A DNA stretch of 64,000 nucleotides. Source: Eledone cirrhosa. Taxonomy: Eukaryota. Numbering within the stretch: position 1 is the stretch's first letter; every line of letters starts with the position of its first letter. The notes beneath the pieces are model-generated. The model was not told the DNA's origin and ran no database searches. It worked only from the letters and a program-made list of their open reading frames with translations. The DNA is taken from contig OZ024757.1 of assembly GCA_964016885.1 (NCBI GenBank), positions 28,644,001 to 28,708,000 on the forward strand, written 5' to 3'. This document shows positions 27,562 to 42,998 of this stretch, piece by piece. The translations under genes and the position numbers were made by a program.

Positions 27562-28584
27562 CACAGACAGACAGATATAGTATAATGAATGAAGTCAGTA
27601 AAAGAATGTATACACACATACTTTAAATCTCGCCACATAGTAAATGTGCATATATATATGTATATATATATATATACAAACATATATATATATATATATG
27701 TATACAAACATATATATATATATATATATACATGTATACAAAAATATATGTATACAAACATATATATATATATACAAAAATATATATATATACAAATATA
27801 TATATATATATATATACAAACACATATATATATATATACAAACACATAAATATATATATATATATACAAACATATATATATATACAAACATATATATATA
27901 TATATATATATATATAAGCACATATATATATATATATATACAAACATATATATATATATGTATACAAACATATATATATAGACATATATATATATATACA
28001 CACACACTAAGCTGCAGCATAATGACTTAAACCAGTAAAAGAAAGAATACACACACAAACACATACACACATACACACACAAACACACACACAAACAAAC
28101 ACATACACACATACACACACACACATACACTCACACACACACAAACACATACATACATATACACATTTGAAATGACACCACTTAGTAATTGAAACATGCA
28201 CCACAAAGACAGGACCTAAAACACACACCTCTGTTTATGTGGCTAGTTTGTTTTTACTTTTATTTGTGAAAACCCAAAATGTCACTTGCAAATGTTTTCA
28301 TGTTCTGGTCGGGCCAGCAGATCTTTTCAAATATTGGCAGCAAAAACAATGGGTTCTTGATCTTGTTGAAATTGTGCCCTCATTTCGTGGTCAACAACAG
28401 ATGGACATTGTGGTATCATTACTCCCTTACTGACCCATTCACCTCCACTTTAAACTTATAATCTATTATATATATATATATATATACACACATGCACATA
28501 TATATATACCTGCTGGTTGGTCATTGATTTTATATTACATATGTAGAGCTGTTCTCTTTTGTATCACATACACAAACACACGTA

Positions 28585-28642
<58 letters not shown>

Positions 28643-29231
28643 TATATATATGCACGCTAAATACATATCTGTACAAAAACAGCACAAGATTTCACTGAAA
28701 CTCTGTAAATGTGTAAAACATAGCAAGATATTTAACCCTTTAGGATTTACATTACTCTATATATACAGGATTAAAAGGTTCAACTCTATAATTCAAGTAT
28801 TAAGTAACGGATGGACAAATAACTAAATAAAGGACAATTTAAGATTGATAATTAAATGAGGGTCTAGCCAGTACTATTTTCTGGGGCCCAAGAGCTAAGA
28901 AGTCCCCATAGCAACCATACAACAGCCCTTTTGAGAAAAACCTTTGCCTGCTTCGGGCCCTAAATTTCTCTTGGAGGCCCTTTATAGGTGAAAGGGAAAC
29001 ACTATCGTCATAACCATTATTTTTATGATGTTCGCTTGTCCATGCTGGCATGTTAGGATGAGACTTTTTTGAGGTAATGTTTTACAGCCAGATGCCCTTC
29101 CTGGGGCCAACCCTTTCATCACTGCTCATAACATGCAGGGATACTGGACAGTTATGGTGTTGGCCATGTGCAGGTAGACACAGCATGATGGAATGTGACT
29201 GGATATGTTTGGATATATGTATGATATATAT

Positions 29232-29567
29232 GGAGGCACATGGCTTAGTGGTTAGAGCATTGGCCTTGCAATCGAAAGGTTGTGAGTTCAATTCTCAGAC
29301 CGGGTGATGTGTTGTTTCCTTGAGCAAGACACTTTATTTCACATTGCTCCAGTTTACTCAGCTGTAGAAATGAGATGATAGGGACTGAGGTCCATATCAT
29401 TCCACTGCAAAGTGGTCGTGGAGGTGCCATGGCAAAAAAGCACCCAGCACTCACTGTAAATGAGGTTGGTGTTAGGAAGGGCATCCAGCTGTAGAAATCA
29501 AGCCAGAATCAGTTCCCGTCCCACCCTTGCAAGCAAGGAGAAAGCGGACGTAAAATGAAATGATGAT
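29232..29567 (+). mobile_element. Full-length family B CORE-SINE
   Basis: Nearly identical to 5239-5584. Confidence 0.85.
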
Positions 29568-29572
29568 ATATA

Positions 29573-29767
29573 TAACAAAGAAAGTGTGGTAAGAAACCAG
29601 GTGGACCATAATGCACCAGAGTACTCGATACTTAGGGTAGTAGAGTGGGAAATAGGAAAAGAGTCAGGACCCCGACAGCTGTGCTCCGGCCGTTTCGACA
29701 ACTAGATCCAAACTGTAGCTGTTGAAATGGCCGGAACTCAGCCATCAGGGTCCTGACTCTTTCCCTA
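29573..29767. repeat. Family D hairpin-headed repeat (best-preserved copy, inverted relative to 9255)
   Basis: 52-nt inverted arms at 29653-29704 and 29716-29767 around an 11-nt loop, plus about 80 bp of unique flank shared with the 9255 copy. Confidence 0.75.
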
Positions 29768-30365
29768 TATATATATATATATATATATGTACATGTGTGC
29801 ATGTGTGTGCGTATATATATATGCGCATATGTATATATATTTATACATATGTAGATAGATAGATATATAGATAGTTACATATACATATGTACAGCTTTAT
29901 ATATTGTAATAATGACTTCATTAAGTAAGAGTAAGAGTGATAGTAAGAGGTGTAATTATGACACCTCCCTCCCCTCCAGACCTCCAGTTAAATGTTACAT
30001 CTCTATATTAGAAACATCTGGAATGACAGGCTGCTGTTAGTAGTGGTGGCTGAGGGAGGAGGAGGAGGACAGGGTGAGGGGTGAGGAGGAATGAGAGAAG
30101 GAGGAGGAGGGAGAATGAAGGAAGAGGAAGGAAAGAAAAAAAACCAGGAAAGAGTGAGAAATAAGGAGGGGAAAAGAAGAAAATAAAGAAAGATGGCAAG
30201 GAAAGAGAAGAGGGAAAGGGAAGAGGGAAAGAGGGGAAGGGAGGGGAAGAGGGGAAGAGGGGAAGAGAGGAAGGAAAGAAGTGGAGGGTAGTAGAAAATA
30301 AGGAAACATGGAAAGAGGTGGGGGAGGCGAAAGAACGAGAGGGAGAAGAAAAAGAAGTGCAGGTG

Positions 30366-30405
<40 letters not shown>

Positions 30406-31397
30406 GGGATATGTAACAGCATGGTTTAATTAGATGAGCAAATTTAAATCGATAATTAAATTACGAAACATGTGAAAAAAAAAAATTTAATTGTAAAAAA
30501 TCCATAAATAGATAAATAAAATAATTAAAATAAATTAATTCTTTGTTTACTTTTATTTATTTTAATGAAGTAATTTGATGTTTTTGATGTTTTTGTTGTT
30601 GAAGCAAAATCTTCATCTGTTGATAAGGTAAAGGTATTTTGAAAGGTTTAGGGGAAAATTGGAAGATGGTAATTGGTGGTAATGGTGATGATGGTGATAG
30701 TGTTGTTGGTGGTGGTGGTGATAGTGGTGGTTGTGATAGTGGTGGTTGTGATAGTGGTGGTGGTGATAATGGTGGTGGTGATAATGGTGGTGGTGATAAT
30801 GTTGGTAGTGGTGGTGGTTGTATTGGTGGTGGGTTGTTGATGGTGGTGGTGGTGATGATAGTGACGGTGGTGATGATAGTGTTGGTGTTGTTGGTGGGCT
30901 GATGATGGTGATTGCTGTTAGTGTTGGTACTGCTGTTGTTATTGTTGTTGGTGGTGTTGGTAGTGCAGATGGTTCCGATGTTTTTTGTTATACAGATAAT
31001 GATGGTGATGAACTGGAACAACATGGAATGAAGTATCTTGTTGAAGAACACAACACAACACTCAGTGCAGTATGAGAATCAAATCCATTTTGGTATGGTT
31101 TCTAATGGCTGGATGCCCTTCCTAATGACAACTACTTTACAGAGTGTACAGGGTGATTTTATCATGGCACCAACAAACACAACCACAAATTTATCTACTA
31201 TAGATTTGGAGTGAGAATGTTGTACAAAAGAGAATGAGACCTGCAGGGCACCATTTCCAACACCAAGAAGAGGTAGCAAGTGGTCTTGTTCTATGGGAAC
31301 CATCAACTGTATACACAAGCAGAGGTAGAAAGAAAGAAAAGAAATTATGAAGATAACCTGCTGGAAGTTACCAGTCTGGATACCAGTTAAGGAGAGA

Positions 31398-31705
31398 TCA
31401 CCATCATCATCATCATCATCATCCAGTTTTTGATAATGCAGAACACAGCTAATCCCTAAGTGGGGGTGGTTACAATCTGACAGCGCTCCTTAGCGTCCTG
31501 CTCCATGTGTTTCTGTCTACTGGTCTCAATTGGGCCAGGCCAAGCCTAGCTTGATCCTGACAGACATCCTCCATCCAAGTCCTTTTTCACCTTCCTGGGC
31601 CTCTACAACCTCCTGGATCGACATTCATCATTTTGCTGATCGAGCCCTCAGTGCAGTCAACATGGCCATACCAGTGCATGCATCTCGTGTGAAGCACATA
31701 CTCGA
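31398..31705 (-). mobile_element. Degenerate RTE-clade LINE 3' end with (TGA)n tail
   Basis: Minus strand reads RCMHWYGHV...GGCRGPGR*KRTWMEDV. Confidence 0.65.
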
Positions 31706-32697
31706 AGCACCACCTCAGCCACCACCACCATCATCACCACCACCACCATCACCATCCCCACCACTACAACCACCACCACCACCATCATCACCACCACCAC
31801 CACTACAACCACCACCACCACCATCACAACCACCACCACCACCACCACCACCCTGCCCACCAAATTATGAATATTTATTCATAATTCCTAACATTAACAT
31901 TAATTATATCATGTATGTGTGTTATTGTATCGTTATTTATAATATATCAGATATTTGATATTTGTTATTGCAAACTCGTGTCGTATTTTAATCTTTATAT
32001 CTGATTCTTCTTCATCATCATCATCATCGACATCTACTTTTACATCATCACCATCGGCTACTTTTTCATAATTATCATCACTATCATCATCATCATCATC
32101 ATAATTAACTTCAATATCATCATCATCATCATTACAGCATTATCACAACTATCATTATCATCATTATCATCATCATCATCACTACCACCACCACCACCAC
32201 CACAATCATCATCCCTATCACAGCCATTATCATCACCACCACCACCATCACCATCATTATCATTCCTACCACCACCAAAACCACAACCTCCACCATTATC
32301 ATCACCATCACTACCACCATCATTATTATTATTATTATCAATATAATAATCACAGTCAATATTGCCATAACCACCACCACCACCACCACAGCAATCATCA
32401 TCATCATCATCATCTCCCCACACCCATCCTATCATCCCACCATAAGCAGTACATGAAACGTAAATCAGTTTTTATCACATGCTCAATAAGATTTTACCAT
32501 ATCCTCTCATACAGACAATCTGAATTTTACGTGTGTATATGTGTTCATATATATATACACACATATATATATATGTATATATACAAATATATAAACATGT
32601 GTACATGTATACATACATATATATACATATACACACATATATACATATACATAAACACATATATCAATCTCTCTCTATATATATAGATAGATATATC

Positions 32698-32816
<119 letters not shown>

Positions 32817-32973
32817 GTATTTGTATATTTGTATATATCATATTGTGATTGTTTATCTTGATGTTGTTGTTGTTGTGCTGTTTATTGTTACTAAAGTGGT
32901 AATATTCTTATGTGGTAGTGGTGTTGGTGGTGGGGTGGTATATCAACCTCCACTACCACTACCTCCAAGCCAT

Positions 32974-33005
<32 letters not shown>

Positions 33006-33399
33006 TTACTACTACTGTCACTACTATCACTACTACTACCATTACTACTACTGTCACTACAACTATTACTACTACCGTCACTACTACTACTACTGGCACT
33101 ACCACCACCAGCCTCAGCACCCTCACCAACCCCAACACCACTACCAGCCAGCCTCATAGTTCATGCCATCCTATCCATACCTGACATCACCATGTGCTAG
33201 AATCAGTAGCTAAAACTCCCTCAAATCACACTCTACAGTCATAGAAAAGACACATAATGTGCTCTTGAGTTCCTTGAATGGGATGGCCATGATTAGAATG
33301 TCACTGATCATATGATCGCTTGATCAGAGCTGACCTAGGGCTAAACAACAATAACGATCATCAGCATCCCCATTACATTCACCAACGCCACTACCACCA

Positions 33400-34500
33400 T
33401 CACTACCAATATCATTAACATCAAAACCAACATTATTACCATCAACACTCCCAACACCACTACCAACACCAACATTATCACCACTACCAACACCAACATT
33501 ATCACCACTACCATCAACAACATTATCACCATCATCAATACTAACAACAAAAATAAAACCACAATCATGATCACCATCATCAACATTATCACCACTATCA
33601 CCAACACCACCATCACCAACATTATCACCACCATCACCAACATTATCAATACCAACACCAACATTATCACCACTGTCACCACCAACACCAACATTATCAC
33701 CACCATTATCACCACTACCAACAACATTATCACCACTATCAACAACAACATAATCACCACTATCAACAACATTATCACCACCAACACCAATATTACCAAC
33801 ATTATCACCACCATCACCAACATTATCACCATCACCATTATCACCACCATCAATAACACTATCACCACCATCAATAACACTATCAATAACATTATCACCA
33901 CCATCAATAACATTATCATCACCATTATCACCACCATCAATAACACTATCACCAACATTATCACCACCATCAATAACACTATCACCACCATCAATAACAT
34001 TATCACCACCATCAATAACACTATCACCAACATTATCACCACCATCAATAACATTATCATCACCATTATCACCACCATCAATAACATTATCACCACCATC
34101 AATAACACTATCACCAACATTATCACCACCATCAATAACATTATCACCACCATCACCAACATTATCACCATCACCACCATCAACATTATCACCATCACCA
34201 CCATCAACATTATCACCATCACTACCATCACCAACACTACCACTACCACCAATAACAGCACTGCAACCATGATCACCATCACCAACACTATCAATACCAT
34301 TGCCATCATCAAAACTACCACCAGCACCAGCACCTCCACCAACATCAGCACATCATCAACACCATCACCACCACCACCACCACCAACATGATGACCATCA
34401 CCACCATCATCATCACCAATATCACCACTACCACCAGCACCAGCACCACTACCAACATCAACATGGCCATTGACATCATCATCATCACCAATATCACCAT
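33400..34500. repeat. Triplet-derived minisatellite (AACATTATCACCACCATCA-type units)
   Basis: Direct reading. Confidence 0.85.
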
Positions 34501-35026
34501 CCTTATCATGGTATCTGATTGTTTGTTACTAATATTACACCAAAGTTTCACCCCCATACATCCCCACCCCACCCCTCCTACTGTTCCTCTCGTTCTCACT
34601 CCCCCCCCCCTACCTAGATCAGATTAATTTTTGCATTCTCTTCTAAGTCTTCTTAGTAGAACAGCTTAACTTTTAAGTTATTCAGTAGAGAATACACACA
34701 CATGTATACATATATATATACACACATACACACACACACATATATACACACATACACATATATATATGTATATACACACATAGACATATATATATATGTA
34801 TATACACACATACACACATATATATATATATATGTATATACACACATACACATATATATATGTATGTATATATATGTGTGTATGTATGTTTGTTTGTTTA
34901 TATATGTATACATACATATATATGTGTGTATATGTATATATACAATATTTATAGTTTGTGATAATAATCACTTATGTATGTATATATTTATATATATATA
35001 TATACATATATATGTGTGTGAGAGTA

Positions 35027-35081
<55 letters not shown>

Positions 35082-35831
35082 TCACACACACACACATATA
35101 TATATATATATACACACACATACATACAACTGATTATCACAAACTATTAATATTGCTTTCTTGTTAGGCTTCTGAATAACAATATACACATATACATACA
35201 CACACATACATAAATGTGTGTGTATGTGTGTACATATATGAATGCGTATGTTTATAAATGTTGGAAGAGGCAACACTTTTACAGTCAAAAACAAACCACC
35301 CCCACCCCACATCCACTCCTACCTAACTACCCCAGCCTTCTCTCCTAAGAATTAGTTATATATTTAGATTGAAAAAATATCTAATCTTTGGTCAACATAA
35401 AACTCTGTTTAGACCATAGGTAGTGGTGATGGTGGTAGGGGTGGTGGTGGTGATGGTGGTGGTGATGGTGGTGATGAGAGTGGTGATGGTGGCAGTAGTA
35501 GTGATGGTGGTGATGAGAGTGGTGATGGTGATAGGGGTGGTAGTGGTGATGAGAGATGTGATGGTGATAAGGGTGGCAGTGGTAGTGCTCTCACGTTCCA
35601 GTCTGGTATGGTTTCTACAGATAGATGCCCTTCTTTATGCCAACCATAAGTATATTATCATGCTAACAGAACTATCCCTTTACAGAGTGGGGTGGGTACA
35701 TTTGCAATCATTAAAAAAAAAACAGAGGTAAAAGCAGTGATGGCCATATATTTGTATGTGTGTGTGTGTGTGTCTGTATATATATAATACACACACATGT
35801 CCATTCTATTCCTCTTGCTTTATCTCCTAAT

Positions 35832-35871
<40 letters not shown>

Positions 35872-36283
35872 ACTTTGATAGGTTTCGGCTAGTATTGGCC
35901 TAGGCCATGTCTAAATTAATAGCACCACCTGGCAAAGTCTTTCAAATCAGGATTTGGAAACCATGGCCCACCCAAGTAGAAAGTTATTGTTTACAGAGAC
36001 ATACCCAGATGTAGGAGGTTTATCCAGGATTACTTGAAGGAATTTATCCAAAGACTTCTTGAACTTTATATATATATAATCTATACAATTTATTTTTACA
36101 ACTGTTGAATGAGTTACATATTTTAAATATTAAGTTAATAGTTTCAACGCAGGTTTTTTTTTTTTTAGTGGTGCAATACCAACTCAGTGTGCAAAATTGC
36201 ATGCGAGAAAGGTGGCTGACAAGATAGAGGTGCAGTTATCTGTTCATCTTATGTAGCTGTTTTTCTGTGTGCATTTCTGCATA

Positions 36284-36457
36284 TGGTAAAATTCCGTTAT
36301 AGAGAATACCATTATAACAAATTTTTCAGTATAACAAAATTTCTTTCAACCCCAGCCACACGCTCAATGTGTTTGGTCGATCTCATTATAAAAAATTTTT
36401 CTTTACAACAATTTTTGTTTTATACTCCATGAATTTCATTATAACAGATTTTCACTG
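36284..36457. mobile_element. Degenerate pogo/Tigger-like MITE
   Basis: Right end TTATAACAGATTTTCACTG-TA, left end TA-TGGTAAAATTCCGTTATA; subterminal TTATAAC repeats. Confidence 0.45.
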
Positions 36458-36774
36458 TATAATGCCAGCTGGATTCTAGCAATATATTTACATTCATTTT
36501 GGTGCCACGATGAAAAGCACACGGTCGATGTTGTAATGTGTTTGACTATAGAAAAGGCATTCAGCTATAGAAACCAAGCCAAAAAGAGATCCGTATGAGC
36601 AGGATATGGTCACCTAACCTGACTTGTCTCATAACATGACAACGCCATCTAACCCATGCAAGCATAGAAAATAGACATTAAATGGCAATGATGATGATCA
36701 GTGTAAAATCCATGTCCCTTTCCCTATATATATATATAGGGAAAGGGATATATATCCAGGGAGTGAAACATGAA

Positions 36775-37073
36775 GTTACTGTAGGTTCACCCAGGTGAGC
36801 ACTCAATGAACTAGACAGAGTGTAATATAATAATAAAATAATACAAGGACGATTTGTTAAGCCTTCAATACATTTATTGATTGGTGATGCGCGTTTCGCT
36901 TTTGATCAGCTCAAGGTTTGATCTATTTCAATTTGGCCTGACTCTAGGATCAAAAGCTTATTGGACCTCTGCTGTTGTTCGATAAAGATCGAACCTTGAG
37001 CTGATCAATAGCGAAATGCGAGTCACCAATCAATAAATGTAATGAAGGCTTAACAAATCGTCCTTGTATTATT
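36775..37073. mobile_element. Penelope-like terminus in inverted arrangement containing a decayed long-stem-II hammerhead (family H3)
   Basis: Inverted arms of about 90 bp (36837-36926 and 36984-37073). Minus strand 36967-36883 reads GGT-ccaataa-GCTTTTGATC..GATCAAAAGC-GAAA-CGCGCA-TC-ACC, then AATAAA. Homologue at 47440-47680. Confidence 0.6.
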
Positions 37074-37828
37074 ATTAGTAGTAGTATATATATATAAATT
37101 GATCATTCTATTAAAGCTAACATGCTAAGTGAATATGCTTCACTGAAGAGATCTAACTAGATCAGAACATGTTTGTTCTTTTTATAAAGATGGCATTCAA
37201 AATCTACACCCAAATTTGGATCAACAAATATTGTAAGAGTTCTATCCCTTGAGAAAATGTTATCGGTTGAGACACCTTCAAAAGAGGATTCTGGTCTTCA
37301 AATTACCAGGATAGTCTCAGTGGATTGAAGTATTATCACTCATTATACTAAGCATGTCAGACCCAATTGTAAATGTGTGTATCATCATCAATGTTTAACA
37401 TCCATTTTCCATGCTAGCATGGGTTCGACAGGTTGTCTTATTGTGTGACAAGTCAGATCAGATGACTGCATCTAACTCACACAGAACTGATTGTAGCTTG
37501 GGTTTTACTAGATGCCCTTCCTAATGCCAACCACATTTACAGTGTTGGCTGGGCACTTTTTGTCGACCATAATATATATATGTGTGTGTGTGTGTATGTA
37601 AGTGGGTATGTATTTGCATGAGTACATTTATATATGTAGGAATATATATATATATAGAGAGAGAGGGAGAGATGTACATATGTATGTATTCATGTGTGTG
37701 CATATGTATACATGTATGTATTCATGTATGTATTCATGTGTGTATATGTGTATGTATTCCTGTGTGTGCATATGTATACATGTATGTATTATATACATAT
37801 ATTCATATAAGTATATAAGTATGTATGT

Positions 37829-37885
<57 letters not shown>

Positions 37886-37917
37886 TGCACACACATACAT
37901 GCATGCATGTACACATG

Positions 37918-37991
<74 letters not shown>

Positions 37992-38169
37992 TAGGTAAGA
38001 ACTTTCAATAATTCCTCACAGAAGATTCTGTATAGAGAATCAATTAAAGTATTGTAGAATTCCGTAGAGATCAGGTGAAATGAGTTTGTGTGTGAAAGAC
38101 ACAACACTGCCAAAAACTACCTTATACATAGTTGATAGCTAAGTACATCACAATGGACAGGGAGCCATT

Positions 38170-40945
38170 ACTTCTGGTGGAGATGGCACTTGATGTGGTG
38201 TTGCTGTTGTATCTGGTGGAGTTTGTGGTGGTGGTGGTGATGGTGGTGGTGATGGTGGTGGTGGTGATGGTGGTGGTGATGGTACTTGTGGTGGTGGTGG
38301 TGGAGATGGTACTTGTGGTGGTGTTGCTGTTGTATCTGGTGGAGTTTGTGGTGGTGTTCGTGGTGGTGGTGGTGATGGTACTTGTGGTGGTGGTGGTGTT
38401 CATAGTGGTGGTGATGGTACTTGTGGTGGTGGTGGTGGAGATGGTACTTGTGGTGGTGTTGCTGTTGTATCTGGTGGAGTTTGTGGTGGTGGTGGTGGTG
38501 GAGATGGTACTTGTGGTGGTGTTGCTGTTGTATCTGGTGGAGTTTGTGGTGGTGTTCGTGGTGGTGGTGGTGATGGTACTTGTGGTGGTGGTGGTGTTCA
38601 TAGTGGTGGTGATGGTACTTGTGGTGGTGGTGGTGGAGATGGTACTTGTGGTGGTGTTGCTGTTGTATCTGGTGGAGATGGTGGTGGTGGTGGTGTTCGT
38701 GGTGGTGGTGTTTGTGATGGTATTGCTGTTGTTGGTGGTGGTGGTGGTGGTGGTGGTGTTTGTGATGGTATTCCTGTTGTTGGTGGTGGTGGTGTTTGTG
38801 ATGGTATTGCTGTTGTTGGTGGTGATGATGTTTGTGATGGTATTGCTGTGGTGGTGGTGTTTGTGATGGTATAGCTGTTGTTGTTGTTGGTGGTGGTGGT
38901 GGTGGTGGTGTTTGTGATGGTATTGCTGTTGTTGGTGGTGATGATGTTTGTGATGGTATTGCTGTGGTGGTGGTGGTGGTGTTTGTGATGGTATTGCTGT
39001 TGTTGGTGGTGATGATGTTTGTGATGGTATTGCTGTGGTGGTGGTGTTTGGGATGGTATAGCTGTTGTTGTTGTTGGTGGTGGTGTTTGTGATGGTATTG
39101 CTGTTGGTGGTGGTGATGTTTGTGATGGTATTGCTGTTGGTGGTGGTGATGTTTGTGATGGTATTGCTGTTGGTGGTGGTGGTGGTGTTTGTGATGGTAT
39201 TGCTGTTGGTGGTGGTGATGTTTGTGATGGTATTGCTGTTGGTGGTGGTGATGTTTGTGATGGTATTGCTGTTGGTGGTGGTGGTGGTGTTTGTGATGGT
39301 ATTGCTGTTGGTGGTGGTGGTGATGTTTGTGATGGTATTGCTGTTGGTGGTGGTGATGTTTGTGATGGTATTGCTGTTGGTGGTGGTGGTGGTGTTTGTG
39401 ATGGTATTGCTGTTGGTGGTGGTGATGTTTGTGATGGTATTGCTGTTGGTGGTGGTGATGTTTGTGATGGTATTGCTGTTGGTGGTGGTGGTGGTGTTTG
39501 TGATGGTATTGCTGTTGGTGGTGGTGGTGATGTTTGTGATGGTATTGCTGTTGGTGGTGGTGATGTTTGTGATGGTATTGCTGTTGGTGGTGGTGGTGGT
39601 GTTTGTGATGGTATTGCTGTTGGTGGTGGTGATGTTTGTGATGGTATTGCTGTTGGTGGTGGTGATGTTTGTGATGGTATTGCTGTTGGTGGTGGTGGTG
39701 GTGTTTGTGATGGTATTGCTGTTGGTGGTGGTGATGTTTGTGATGGTATTGCTGTTGGTGGTGGTGGTGGTGTTTGTGATGGTATTGCTGTTGGTGGTGG
39801 TGATGTGTGTGATGGTATTGCTGTTGGTGGTGGTGGTGGTGTTTGTGATGGTATTGCTGTTGGTGGTGGTGATGTTTGTGATGGTATTGCTGTTGGTGGT
39901 GGTGGTGGTGTTTGTGATGGTATTGCTGTTGGTGGTGGTGTTTGTGATGGTATTGCTGTTGGTGGTGGTGATGTTTGTGATGGTATTGCTGTTGGTGGTG
40001 GTGGTGGTGTTTGTGATGGTATTGCTGTTGGTGGTGGTGATGTTTGTGATGGTATTGCTGTTGGTGGTGGTGGTGGTGTTTGTGATGGTATTGCTGTTGG
40101 TGGTGGTGATGTTTGTGATGGTATTGCTGTTGGTGGTGGTGATGTTTGTGATGGTATTGCTGTTGGTGGTGGTGGTGGTGTTTGTGATGGTATTGCTGTT
40201 GGTGGTGGTGATGGTGTTTGTGATGGTATTGCTGTTGGTGGTGGTGATGTTTGTGATGGTATTGCTGTTGGTGGTGGTGGTGGTGTTTGTGATGGTATTG
40301 CTGTTGGTGGTGGTGATGTTTGTGATGGTATTGCTGTTGGTGGTGGTGGTGGTGTTTGTGATGGTATTGCTGTTGGTGGTGGTGATGTTTGTGATGGTAT
40401 TGCTGTTGGTGGTGGTGATGTTTGTGATGGTATTGCTGTTGGTGGTGGTGGTGGTGTTTGTGATGGTATTGCTGTTGGTGGTGGTGATGTTTGTGATGGT
40501 ATTGCTGTTGGTGGTGGTGGTGGTGTTTGTGATGGTATTGCTGTTGGTGGTGGTGATGTTTGTGATGGTATTGCTGTTGGTGGTGGTGGTGGTGTTTGTG
40601 ATGGTATTGCTGTTGGTGGTGGTGATGTTTGTGATGGTATTGCTGTTGGTGGTGGTGGTGGTGTTTGTGATGGTATTGCTGTTGGTGGTGGTGATGTTTG
40701 TGATGGTATTGCTGTTGGTGGTGGTGGTGGTGTTTGTGATGGTATTGCTGTTGGTGGTGGTGATGTTTGTGATGGTATTGCTGTTGGTGGTGGTGGTGGT
40801 GTTTGTGATGGTATTGCTGTTGGTGGTGGTGATGTTTGTGATGGTATTGCTGTTGGTGGTGGTGGTGATGTTTGTGATGGTATTGCTGTTGGTGGTGGTG
40901 ATGTTTGTGATGGTATTGCTGTTGTTGGTGGTGGTGATGATGTAT
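38170..40945. repeat. GT-rich minisatellite; homogeneous core of 30/33-bp units GTTTGTGATGGTATTGCTGTT(GGT)n(GAT)
   Basis: About 60 near-identical units between 39085 and 40930, with more diverged triplet-derived units upstream. Confidence 0.95.
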
Positions 40946-42118
40946 TTGATGGAGTGGCTTGGTGGTACTTGTGTTGCTGTTGTATTTGGTGGTGGTGGTG
41001 GTTGTGGTAGTGCTAGTGTTTTTTTGTGGTAGTGGTACTTGTGGTGGTGGTAGTGTTTGTGGTGGTGGTGTTGTTGTTGGTGGTGATAGTGGTGTGGTAG
41101 TGTTTGCGTTCTTGCTGTTGGTGATGGTGGTGGTAGTGTTTGTGGTGGTGGTGTTGTTGTTGGTGGTGATAGTGGTGGGGTAGTGTTTGTGGTGTTGCTG
41201 TTGGTGGTGGTGGGACGTGCGGTGTTGTTGTTGTTATTGATGGTGGTGGTGTTGGGGCTGGAGATGTTTGTAGTAGTGCTGGTGGTGGTGGTCATGGTAA
41301 GGTATTGATGTTCGCTGTGGGGGAGGCAGCAGTGGTGGCAGTAGTAGTAATAGTTGTGATAGTAGTAGCAGCAGTAGTAGTAGTAGTAGTTCTAGTAACA
41401 GTAGAGGAGATATTGGACAGGTGCTCCAGTTGTTAGGCCAAGAAAATAGCCTGCCTGTAAAGGTCTCAGGAAGATTCAGTATGGCACGCTATGTGAACAA
41501 AAGCTGATTCCTTACTTTACAGGAACAAGCCAGCAGCAATGTGAAATGAAGTGTCTTGTTGAAGGACACATGATGCTGCTGGGAAGCAAACTCACAAACT
41601 TATGATTGTTAATCAAAACCCCTAACCCAGAGGCCACACACCCTCACCGGCAGCAGTAGTGGTAGTAGTAGTAGTAGTAGTAGTAGTAGTATATGTTGTT
41701 TTACATCTCAGGCTGATAAATTAGAAGTTATTTTTGGTCAGCTGAATTTTCTGTTGTGTCAGAACTGAGTATGTCATATATATATATACACACACACGTG
41801 TATATATACATACTGAGAGAGCGAGAGAGAGAGAAATATAAACGTGTGTGTGTATATATATATATTCTTAAAAATATAAATTTATATATATATATGTGTG
41901 TATTCTTATAAATTTATTGATATATATATATATATATATATAATACATATAAATAGTTAGATAGATACACATGCATATAATACTGCATACATATATGTAA
42001 ACACGTTACTACCCAGAGATATATATTTGTACATATGCAAATATATGTATATTAGAGTATGTGAATGCATATGTATGTGTATGGATATAATTATCTATTT
42101 AATTATGTGGATGTTTAT

Positions 42119-42171
<53 letters not shown>

Positions 42172-42252
42172 TATATTTATATATATATATGTATATACAT
42201 ATATATAAATATATGCATATATATATATGCAAACATATATATACACACACAT

Positions 42253-42293
<41 letters not shown>

Positions 42294-42917
42294 TTATACA
42301 CACACACACACACATATATATTTACATACACACACACATATACATATATATTTATACACACATTTTTATATATTCACACACACACACACACATATATATA
42401 GACATACACATATACACAAATATATTTTTATACACACATACATATATATACATACATACACACATATATATCTCTATATATATATACATATATATACATA
42501 CATATCTATCTATTATAAGGTGTACTGTTTTTTACTTCCCTTTTTTGCTGCCTCTTCTCTTCCTTTCTCTGCCCCACTCTCCAGCTCCTCTTCACACCCC
42601 ACCTTCATCTCCACTCCCAGTTTTCTAATCTGATTGATTCAATCAGCATCTATTGATGTCTCACCCCCAATCACTTCTCATCAATAGACTTATTCGTTAT
42701 CTTTAGAACTAACTTCCATTTCCAATTTACAGATAATTTCAAATGATAATTTATCACGGCAACATCATAATCAAAATCATCATCATCATCACCGCCATGA
42801 CCACTGTGATTATGATCATCATCATCGCCCTAATCAATGCTATTACGATTAGATTATCATACACATCATCATCATCATGGTTTTAGAATCATTCAGCTCC
42901 CCCTCTCCTCTCTCTAT

Positions 42918-42949
<32 letters not shown>

Positions 42950-42958
42950 GTATAGGTG

Positions 42959-42998
<40 letters not shown>

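Noticed and set aside
29653-29767. Hammerhead within the family D hairpin (CTGATGG...GAAA on the minus strand)
   Set aside because: The core ends in G rather than A and no stem II can form; the segment folds as a simple hairpin.
38122-41295. 1057-aa Thr/Asn-rich mucin-like ORF
   Set aside because: Derived from a triplet-based minisatellite, open on both strands, with no signal peptide or unique domain; the repeat register shifts within the ORF.
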